In this document: positions 53,753-64,000 of the stretch, one piece after another
How positions within the stretch are numbered: position 1 is the stretch's first letter
How the letters are laid out: every line of letters begins with the position of its first letter
Source of the DNA: Ylistrum balloti
Lineage: Eukaryota
Direction: 5' to 3'
Assembly (NCBI RefSeq): GCF_031769215.1
Contig: NW_026782523.1
Span: 372,001-436,000, forward strand
Length of the DNA: 64,000 nucleotides
Position numbers and translations under genes: made by a program
The notes under the pieces: generated by a model
Told to the model about the DNA's origin: nothing
Seen by the model: the letters and a program-made list of their open reading frames with translations, nothing else
Databases searched by the model: none

Positions 53753-54737
53753 TGAAAATGTCGTCGATTAAGCACAATCCTCTTACTCTTCCAGAACAAG
53801 AAGTTTTGTTCTCCTTGTACTTTTTCAGAAGTCGGGTAAATCTTTTGTTTGTTTATATTTCTCTTGTTGTATTTCATTTGACTTTTTGTGTATGATTCTC
53901 TTTACATGCTGGTAGTTTCATGCTGTTCTTTGATTATTCGGTCGACATACAAAAGGAATAGGCCGAAAGCTCTTTAAGCCAGGAAGCCGATTGGAAGCCA
54001 GAAAAAGTGGTCTGAATCTGTACATAATTATTTGAAAACTAGGAAGTTTAACAAAGATATAGTTGTGGCAATTTCTGGTATTTTATATTCTGAACACATA
54101 TTGTGACTTTGACTATTTTTCAAATAATTAAGGTACAAGATACCAGACATGAAGGTAAAAGGTATCACATCCCTTTCGTACATTTTGCGACGTTACACTA
54201 CTGCCATAGGTATATAACTCACTACAGTGCAACAGAGAGGCGTGCTCTGAAAACAATCTTGTCTACATCATCAATTTGCAGACAAAGAGCGAGACTTTTC
54301 ATTTTCTCATAGTTATGAGCTAAGGTATTCCAGACGTGGCGATTATTTTTAACAACAAGGCAGACTCTTGTGGTATTTAGAACGTCGTCTCTAACGGAAG
54401 TATCAAAGGATGGACAATGGACAGGACTATCTTTAGGACAAATAATACTGCCTAAAAATCAACCCAGGTATTGTTCTACTCTCATGTCCAGACAAAGCAG
54501 GTATTGATATTAACCGGACAAACAAATTCAACTCCTGCCTCTAGCCCACCTCTGACAATCTAGAGGAACAAAATGCATTAAATCTGATTAGCTTTCTATT
54601 CAAAATTTGACAACACTAGCACTATCATCGGAAGTCTACTGTATATCTTATACTGATATTACAGTGTATTTATTGTGTTATGAATATTAACACTATCATA
54701 TTCATGGTGTTAACCAAACTAAATTTAGTCATCAAAT

Positions 54738-55516
54738 ATCTGGTGTACAGTAAAGTTAAAACTGACCTTCACATACCAGGTGTACACGAAGCTAAATCTG
54801 GGGTTCACATATCTGGTGTACAGTAAAGCTAAATCTGGCCTTCACATATCTGGTGTACACTGAAGCTGAATCTGGCCTTCACATACCTGGTGTACACGAA
54901 GCTAAATCTGGGCTTCACATATCTGGTGTACAGTAAAGTTGAATCTGGCCTTCACATATCTGGTGTACACTGAAGCTGAATCTGGCCTTCACATACCTGG
55001 TGTACACGAAGCTAAATCTGGGGTTCACATGTCTGGTGTACAGTAAAGCTAAATCTGGCCTTCACATACCTGGTGTACACGAAGCTAAATCTGGGGTTCA
55101 CATATCTGGTGTACAGTAAAGCTAAATCTTGCCTTCACTATTCTGATGTACACTAAACTGAATCTGGCCTTCACATACCTGGTGTACACGAAGCTAAATC
55201 TGGGGTTCACATATCTGGTGTACAGTAAAGCTAATTCTTGCCTTCACTATTCTGATGTACACTAAACTGAATCTGGCCTTCATATATCTGGTGTACAGTA
55301 AAGCTAAATCTGGCTTTAACATATCTGGTGTACAGTAAAGCTAAATCTGGCTTTAACATATCTGGTGTACTGTAAAGCTAAATCTGGCTTTACATATCTG
55401 GTGTACAGTAAAGCTAAATCTGGCTTTAACATATCTGGTGTACTGTAAAGCTAAATCTGGCTTTACATATCTGGTGTACACGAAGCTAAATCTGGCTTTA
55501 ACATATCTGGTGTACA
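54738..55516. repeat. Tandem minisatellite, 36/37-bp unit, ~21 copies
   Basis: Units TCTGGTGTACAGTAAAGCTAAATCTGGCCTTCACATA (37 bp) and CCTGGTGTACACGAAGCTAAATCTGGGGTTCACATA (36 bp). Confidence 0.96.
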
Positions 55517-57389
55517 ATGGTATTCCATATAAAGTGAAAACTAAAATCCGGACTTCACTCTTCTATCTGTATCTTAACATGTATCTGTGAAGCTGTGATG
55601 AACGACAAATCGTAAACAATGTTCCACTACAACATCGGTAATTAGGATTAATTAATGAAAGCTAACCTTTTCTATGCCGGTGTTTAATTAAGTAAACCAA
55701 GGAAACGTGTTGTTGACCCGAGGCCTGGCCTTGTCTTAGTCACGATAGAGGTCTTTTTGTTTACCAAAATCAGTGTACACTGTACACAGAGATAACAGGG
55801 CGATTGCTATAGTTTATTGGTTAATTAATTTCTCACAAAAAGCGTTATGTGATTTCTCTGGATGTTGACCATTCTACAAATTAATTGTATACAGAGCTAC
55901 GTTATGTTTAGACATCTGATTAAGGTATGTTTTCTTTATCTTCATAGCCAATCAGCCAATCAGTAGCACATCTATCGCCGAGATCAAGATTTCTGTTTCT
56001 GGCACAGTGATTCATTGATTTGACACGCTAAATCACTAGCATTAGGAGGTATTTACAATGCCACTGTATCCGTAAAGAACTGCATGGTAACAAACGAACG
56101 ATTAACCTGTAGCTTTAGATATCATAGAAACTGTGTTTATTTTCTGATACAAAGAAACACTCAAAATCAATTAAGATTTAAAATTCAAGGATAGAAAGCA
56201 AAGTATGTATAAATTTCCCCTCTCAATTCACACGTCCCAGAGAAGTATGTGTATGCACTTTCAATGGAAAGTACACATCCGATACAAAGTAATTGGATTG
56301 TACATTCCCGATGCAAAGGTACTCTTACAACATCAACCACTCTTAATTGTAAAGCTATCAGCAGTGATTTACTTTTAACAGATAAAGAGTTGTGAAACTT
56401 ATAGAGTTGCTGTATAAATAAGGTATCCAATAAAGTGTTTTCAAGGAACATGTTTTCTTACTCATATTGCTGTAATATCTCTTTGTAATAAATAAGGCGT
56501 AACCTCAATTTTGATGTTTCAGCAAAAAAAGCATTATCCGTCATTAAGGGCTATGCTTTCTTTAAAAAAAATCCCAAGCCACAATTAGCTCTTATAAGCA
56601 AATTTATGTTAGCAACACTGTTATAACATCAATAAAAACACCAACTAAATGATACTCCAAACCCAGATTCAATAAAACAAGGATAAAGTATTTACATAAG
56701 AAAGATTTACACGAAGACTCATGAAAAAGGACAAACATTTCAAGGTGTTTCGAAATTAGTGATATCACGATCCCAAAATGACAATATATATAACAACAAA
56801 ACTCACAAACAAACTAACGAGCATCAAACACGCGAAACTTGATATGAAAATCAATAAAATGTTTCCTAATGAGATCATAAGAAAGCTATGTTTAGGATAC
56901 CATGTGTTCCTGATGGTGCTCCTTTAATACTATAAAAAAAATACAATGCATGCTTCTATTGAAGCAACATTGTTTATATACTGCCATCACGGTCACAACT
57001 GGACCAAATCCGCTGTTACTCTGAGCTCGAAAACATTTCACCCGAATACAACTGTATGTAAACCACATAATTCAGGAATAACGTAACTGTCACCAAAGAG
57101 GACATCTCTAAAGCATTTCTGGAACGTCCGTTTTTTTTTTTATCTCAACTTAAAAGCTTGCATTGCCATTTTTAGGTAAGGATCTGCAGTGTATTTATAT
57201 GTACTTTCGTTTACTTTAACTCAAGGGAGTTAATAACGATTTGGTTTCTTCCTCTGTTTACGCTTCCTTACCAATGATTCTTATGCTCATCGGTAGTTGC
57301 AGACAGTTGCCACGCCTTTCATTATGTAGTTGAATCACGTAATACAAAGTGCATGTTAAAACATTATATCAGTATTTTCATTTAGTTGG

Positions 57390-57790
57390 TTTTTCAGACG
57401 TTACACTTCTGTACGTATTTCAATAAAAAAACCTGTATTCACAATTCTCATCCGTCTGACAATAATCACTTCTCCACTCAGAACAAAGTCACTTCTATAG
57501 GACATAACAATACAACTGCATTCACAAAGAGCCATTTCACAGGATATAAATTCCTCGTCTCCTACCGCTGTAATGGCCGCGTCCACAAGAATTACGACGT
57601 CATAATATTATATGGCCTCCTCTTCTGATCAATGTTAGCAATTTTTCTCATCGAGGAACATGTACTCGGGGTGAAGTAGGTTAGACATGGCGCTAATGCC
57701 CACTAATTCCTGGATTGTTCTACAGAGAATACAGCAGGGCCGTCTAAGCTCTTCATCAGACATGTTGAATAGCGACCGTACTAGTCTAAT
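57390..57790 (-). mobile_element. Possible degraded hAT transposase C-terminal remnant
   Basis: SNLLHPEYMFLD and SDFVLSGEVIIVRRMRI loosely resemble the hAT motifs A-LLDPRFK and SERVFS-AG-+V---R-RL. Confidence 0.2.
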
Positions 57791-58959
57791 CGCATTACAA
57801 CGCTATTCCCTGTGTACACCGTCGCTACCATACGTCATCTTCGCTACGGCGAGTAGATGTTATTGTTCGGGATTTTCTACACCAGGCTTAAATTTCTGTA
57901 GGTTAAGGTAACACGGGATTGTTCTATGTGTCTGTCATATCAGTATTTATAAGTTGAGAAAGAGAAAAAATATATTCTTTGTTACTATGTACACTGCACA
58001 AGGTGCCACGAAAGAGAGAATATAGCGATGTTGCCGAAATAAACTACATCATATGTAGGACTTGACTTTTGAATGAAAATATTAATTCCGCTTTTTTTTT
58101 TGTCTAAGTTACTCTATTTGTATCATTTAATATGCCCTCCATAATGTTTAGTTCATCTGGTCTCATTCTCCGAGTACTATTTCAGAAATCTCCATGTAAA
58201 TCTTCTTGTATTTTGCCTTATTTTCGATGCGATCCGAACAGGTAGATGTTTCAGATGTGGTTACAAAAGGTTTAGCATTGCTAATCGCAATATCGGCATT
58301 CATGCACGGACTTGTCAGGTCCTTTTCCAAGAGTAGGTGCTGCCCGATAACTCTCGAGCGTCGTTACAAACAATTATTTAACGTTTAGACAAACCGATAG
58401 CGTAATTTGAACAAAAAGAAAAAAAAAAAAAAAAAGAAAAACACATAACCGACTACAGCTCACATTATTGTGATAAACTATGTACAGTTTTTCAGTGGAT
58501 AGTCAATTAGGAAATTCGTTAAATTGCTTAATTGCATCTTGATAACGAAATAATCGCAGTATTTAACATAAACCAACGTCATGGTTAACATCATGCTTTC
58601 TCGGTTTTACAAAAACCTTAAAGCAAAAAGATATTTCATATCATAAACGTTTGCTTTTACCTAATGATTTTTTTTCAGTCCTTTAATGCCCTTGAAAGTA
58701 AGTTTATCGGTTTTTATCAGACATCAATTACATATATGAAGTAATTTAAGAATTACCTACTATCTACTAGTATACTAACGAAAGTCATTTTATCAACATT
58801 AATACAATATCTGTGGAATGAAAATAGATGTCGTTCTTTTGTAACGTCTTATACATTGCATTAATCTACTTTTTATTGTAGGAATACAACACCAATTTGT
58901 GTAGTGTCGTCAAACCCTATTCATCAAGTTCATTGATTTCGTATTTCAGTCGTTACTAC

Positions 58960-59380
58960 GCAAAAGAAATATAATATTGAGGACTCATGTGAGCATTTAT
59001 AATGTTATTGATTTTTAGGGTATCTAACGGAGTAGAATAACGTAAACTTTGTAAAGGAAGAACATAATGTTTAAAAAATGACGCCCAATACGTCTGTTTA
59101 CATTCAATGAGTGCACTAGGATGGTGTTTCCTTGTGTTTGTCTTGTGAACGGTTCGAGGCTGGAGCAGAAGCACTGGGTTTCACAAAACGGAACAGATTT
59201 TATATTAGAAGTCAGCACATCCAACTTCCTGTCTCATTCAATCAGACTGTCGAACTATTTTTTTCCAATTTCAAATCCAAACTGTTTGTAATATATTACA
59301 CCAGCGCGTTCTCAAGGTCTTCTCGATAAGAAATATTGCCTAATCCAGCCATAATTCAGAAACTTGTTAAAGAAAGTTTC
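58960..59380 (-). mobile_element. Degraded LINE ORF2 3' end (L2/CR1/RTE-type)
   Basis: YREDLENALV*YITNSLDLKLEK, then LQPRTVHKTNTRKHHPSALIECKQTYWASFFKHYVLPLQSLRYSTPLDTLK, match the recalled RP-LEYA--VW----KLEK and TR--H------C---Y--SFFP------+---S-L--FK motifs. Confidence 0.5.
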
Positions 59381-60427
59381 TTGAAGTTTGCTTGGTTTGC
59401 TTTAGCAGCATTAGTCATTAACAAGCTAAGTCAGTGCTGACCCTCTAACATGTCTGAAGCTTGATAACCATAGCTGGTTAAAAACAAATAAACGCTTCAC
59501 CCCTGAAAAGTGTTTGATCAAACAGAAGTCATGGGTTTTTGTTCCCGAGCATGAGGTCTATCTATATCAAATACCTCTCCCACCGAAAAGAAATAATATC
59601 ATTCCAAGCTGAACCCTCGGGTTATTTAATGTATCCGAAACCTTGGACAGCGAGGAAACAGTGGGTTTCGTTTCGCGGCCTGGCGAAAAGTAATTCAAAT
59701 GTTCAGATTGAAAAGAAAACTTATCTAATCACATGAATACGCAGCATCCGACGGACAGCTATGACCAAGCCAGGTAAATAAATACATAAAAAAACAACAA
59801 AAAAAATCTAAAAAAAAAACCCCAGAAAAACAAAAAAAAAAAAAAAAAAACATTAGCCCCTTCAAGACAAAAATATAACGTGTGTTCCTTGTACAGTCTT
59901 ATTTGAAACCGAAACATGGATATAGTATCTTCATATACATAGACAAAGTTTACTATATTTCCTTTTGTATACAATAAAAAAAACGATAAATGATTTGGTA
60001 TTGTTGTAAATGTTTGTCAGAGAGAAAAAAAATGTACATAGCATTATAGATTCAATCGTGTCAATTGAGAGAATAATGAATCTAAATTAGAGTAATTTTT
60101 ATCTATAAATGACATCCCTGATACTATATGGTTTATCGCCTTTAAAAAACAACTTAAAGCATAACTATAAGAATATACTAATACACATAGAAATGTTTTA
60201 TATGATTATCTACATGTCCTCATGACACTTTTCAAACATACCTGATTTTTAAAACATTTCAGAAATACATTCATACTTTACAGACATTTCATATGGAAAT
60301 GAGTATAATGGAATATTCGTCAAAAATTATAGTACCAAATGTTTTGTTTAAAATACATATATCTATAATAAGATCATACAACATGCACTTTTTCGACTTT
60401 TTACTTGGCAGCACCCATCCTGATTGA

Positions 60428-60920
60428 GTGTTCCCTGGTCGTGGGATATGCAATGTATTGCAATGTAAGCTATGACCGGACAAATCGTTTTGGGTGTTCC
60501 CTGGTCGGGGTATAGGAATCAATTAAGAGTGAAATACTTTAGAGCCAAACTATGAATTAAACTGTATCACACAGCTGTTTCATCCTTCTAGGACTTCTCA
60601 TTTATGTGGTAAGGGTATATATTGAAACTGAGGGAAGGCGACAGTGAACAAGAGAAGAGAAAGATTCTAGACAGAACAGTGCACCAGCCTCGTAATTCAC
60701 CTAATTTCCTTATTTTTACAGATCAGCGTCAATTACATGTGTATATTATGAACATGTATTTTGTAGTGTGTTCTCTGACCGGAACCTTCGTTTTAACTGT
60801 TCCCTGGTCACGGTATATGGGACTCATCTTGGTAGTGTGTTCTCTGTCCGGAACCTTCGTTTTAACTGTTCCCTGGTCACGGTATATGGGACTCATCTTG
60901 GTAGTGTGTTCTCTGTCCGG
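60428..60920. repeat. 69-bp repeat family: ~2.3 near-identical tandem copies (60763-60920) plus two older diverged copies (60428-60515)
   Basis: GTAGTGTGTTCTCTG occurs at 60763, 60832 and 60901. The core TGTTCCCTGGTC is also present at ~60429 and ~60495. Confidence 0.85.
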
Positions 60921-63900
60921 ACGAATGACGAAGAGATATCGTTTTGAGAGCTCGCTCGGGGTATATGACGGAGGACCACTTCTTCCTTAATTTGTTATTT
61001 CCTTTCCGGAGCATATGGAAACGTATTCGATAAAACCAGTCTCGTTCCACGTCTTAGTAATAAAAAACCGTGGGGAAAAGTCAACATCTTTTCTACATAA
61101 CAGATAGAACATCCGAGACAAACATGTGTGTGAGAGTTTCTTTTAGCACAGCTTTAATGCGTGTTTGAAATGTGATAAACCTGACGAAAACGATTGGAAG
61201 ACATGCTTCAAAAATAGTCCACAATGAATCTTCATCTATCATCAGAAATTCCATTCGATCAAACAAACCCCGAATATCTCGAAATAGAAGGTTAGGTATT
61301 AAGTGTTAAGTATTCCACTGTAGTTCCACTTTAAACCGGCAGGGGCGCTATCAGCAGATACTGTAAACGACGCCGACATGGCACAGAGACAGACTTTTTT
61401 TCTCGATTTGCCGCTGATTTAAAGTGATATAATGAAATAAAACCATTATTGCCTGATAATCAGTTTAATTGATTGATTTGTGACTTCCGTTGGATTTAGT
61501 AACTAATCGATATCACCATGTAGCAGAGGAAATTGTTCTGTGTGAATATTACTGCATTGGTGTTATCTCCTCGTCTAGACCCTCATATCATTACACAATC
61601 AACCAATTTGGAACATATTGTTTTTTTCAATCAAATTAGGAAATTCACATTTGAATACGTTTTGGAACTAAGAGCAGGTCAGTCCTCCGCCTTCTTGTGA
61701 TTTCGTGGAAATATGTAAACTCAGTCGATATGTTGGTTTATTTATCATATACGTTCGAACTATTGATTTGTTATCAGATAAGCAGCCAACAGAAATATAT
61801 CGAATTTTCTCTCACTGAGTAAGTCGCTGACAAGAATTACTACGCAACAATACAACACAATGCTCCATTTGAAAGAGAAAAAACAATCGCAATCTACATT
61901 TTAAACTTTTACATATTTCAGGTAATTTAATGACGACGAAAGAAGTATTTGAGATCATAAGCTTTTGTTCCGTGTTTTAATCATTTAGAAACCATGTGTA
62001 AATATTCTGTTTTGAATGTATACCGCCTCACCACGCTTCAATAGAATTGCTTTCCTGTAAATGTGCTTCTGACACCATGTCACATAAATTGAAACTGTTT
62101 TGTTTATCATAGACAGCAGATTGTGTTAGAGTTCTGTAAATGAGTTGAAATTGACAAACAGTTCATTTGACTATTACACACAAATCGACAAAGTATTTAT
62201 TTCAATGGCTTTGAGAACCCTTCAACTGCAATTGTCAGTAAGTATATGGTCATATCGATTCAGCAGCATTCGTGTAACGAAATAATAACATCATACTTGT
62301 ATTTCCTATTTGAAATTGCTATTCAAATTTTACTTTTCTAAATTAAAAATTTCAATTACGAATTTGATAGTTTGATACTTGAAGCAATTTTCATACAATC
62401 GTTTTCATCTGAAGACTTTCCGTTTATTTGAAATTGTTTAAAACAAAACGATCACTTTGGAAAATTGATGATTTTATTTGGAGATAGTTATCTGTAGGGA
62501 ACATTAAATTCTTGTCTTCATCAATGGATAAATTACATATTTTTCCTGACAGATATTGTCGGCCATGTTGATTCAGTTGTGCTAGATATTCGTCCTCTGA
62601 AGATACTGTATCATTACAAAAATGTATTGCCACTAGCAAAATGCATCAGCCTTTTTTTTATATTCATCAATTTAATTAGTGCTGCAATCAGCGGCAACTT
62701 TCAGTTAAGATTTATGTCATGAACAATGCGTTTCATGTGATCACGTGACCAGAAGACACGACCCAGTATGGTGTGTATGCGAATGTTATCGCCAGACAAA
62801 CACGATTTCGTCATCACCCATTATATTAGATATGACATACTGACCATCAGCCAAGGTCTGTCCTGTCGTTCCTAAGGAGCAAAAAGGCAATAGTCCATAT
62901 GGTTATTATATCTACTTACAAAGTAAATTTCAGGACCTCTGTATGTCTTTTCTCGATTTTGCATTGCATTGAGACAGCCGTGTTACTCCATCTATCACAG
63001 CGGGGAAAATGGCTATTTCCTTTCCGTACTAAACTCCGAAAACCTACTAATTTCCGTCCAATATACTCAACTAAGAATGAAGACACGAACACTTGGGTAT
63101 CTCGTTACCATGACGTCCCATGGTTATATTCCCAATGTGACAAACGCCTATAAACATCGACGTTGGAAAACGACGTGCCATATTGTATCGTGGAAAATTA
63201 ATTTGTTTGGTTATGAATGAATTTTTTGCATACTTGTTCAGAAGTTGCCTAATCAAGTCACGGAGTTTCATTGTGAGTCTCGAAGATCAATGGACATTCA
63301 TCACCGTGACGTAAAACTTGTAAGGCAGCATTTTGTCCCAGTGATGTCAACAGTACGGTCATATGGAGATCTAATTATCATTTGACAAAGTCATATGATA
63401 AAATTATTTCAGGATTATATAAAATGTTGATTATGTAGTGTTGTTATGACCCTGAAACAGGACAGTTATGTAATGGGCGTTGTAACAATAATAACGTGAT
63501 AGATATGATCGATTTCAAAATTCTAGCATGTCTTGGTCAGTGAACCGTACACAGAACACCCCGCACTGAGTGAACCTCAAATAAAGGCAAAGAGTAAGGG
63601 AATGTCAGTGGAGTCATTAGGAAGAAAAATAGTTGTTTAGAAAGAAAGGAAAAGGTCAGATCCCAAATTCACTCGGCACTAACATACCATGTGGGTAGCA
63701 GTTACAATCTTTACGTCCCATCTGTACTATTATGAGACATGTTATGGTAAAAGTAAAAAAAGAAAGCAAAAAAGAAACCCAACATAACAACATTAAACAA
63801 AAATCTCCCAAAAAAGCAAAGAAGTTACGTCATGGGTGTCATGACACTTGTGTATCACTGGCAACAGGACAGTGATGTGATGATGATAAACGGTGTAATA

Positions 63901-64000
63901 GGGACGGACAAGAGACAACAGTAAGATACAACTACAGCTGTGGTATCTATATTATACAGTCTTTGCCTATCCTTTTTTTATATTTATTTAAACCAGATCC

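Noticed and set aside
54381-54467. Symmetric 87-nt plus-strand candidate exon (TSSLTEVSKDGQWTGLSLGQIILPKNQP)
   Set aside because: Weak acceptor, incompatible phase with the 47847 donor, and no recognisable domain.
3058-55516. Tandem arrays as CRISPR arrays
   Set aside because: The units are directly adjacent with no unique spacers, there are no cas genes, and the context is eukaryotic.
2308-61352. CTCF-like motifs (2308, 17901, 39636, 61336)
   Set aside because: These are short partial matches often found in repeats and cannot be assigned a function from sequence alone.

Overview
This is eukaryotic genomic DNA, not prokaryotic. It is AT-rich, with a 281-N scaffold gap at 20936-21216 and no operons, rRNA, tRNA or CRISPR. 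The mix of minisatellites and Penelope/LINE/LTR relics suggests an invertebrate, probably a bivalve mollusc (inference). The window is almost entirely intronic or intergenic, and most ORF-track entries are noise. The only well-supported host coding sequence is a 309-nt minus-strand exon at 32050-32358. It encodes the N-terminus of a type II membrane protein (short tail, TM helix, furin-like RRRLR site), the layout seen in shed TNF/ectodysplasin and transmembrane-collagen proteins. I could not find its downstream exons. The window also holds a decayed mariner transposon with TIRs and TA target sites (41182-42394), heavily degraded Penelope, LINE, Gypsy, BEL/Pao and hAT fragments, and a dozen tandem arrays. 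The largest array is a ~5.9-kb 43-bp satellite with higher-order structure, about 640 bp downstream of the exon's donor site. I see no strong evidence for a wholly novel biological system. The best leads are the orphan ligand-like exon, the higher-order structure and shared core of the arrays, a two-copy ~650-bp dispersed repeat, and an excess of CRE palindromes. All transposon-relic calls come from translating by eye and recalling motifs; no database search was run.
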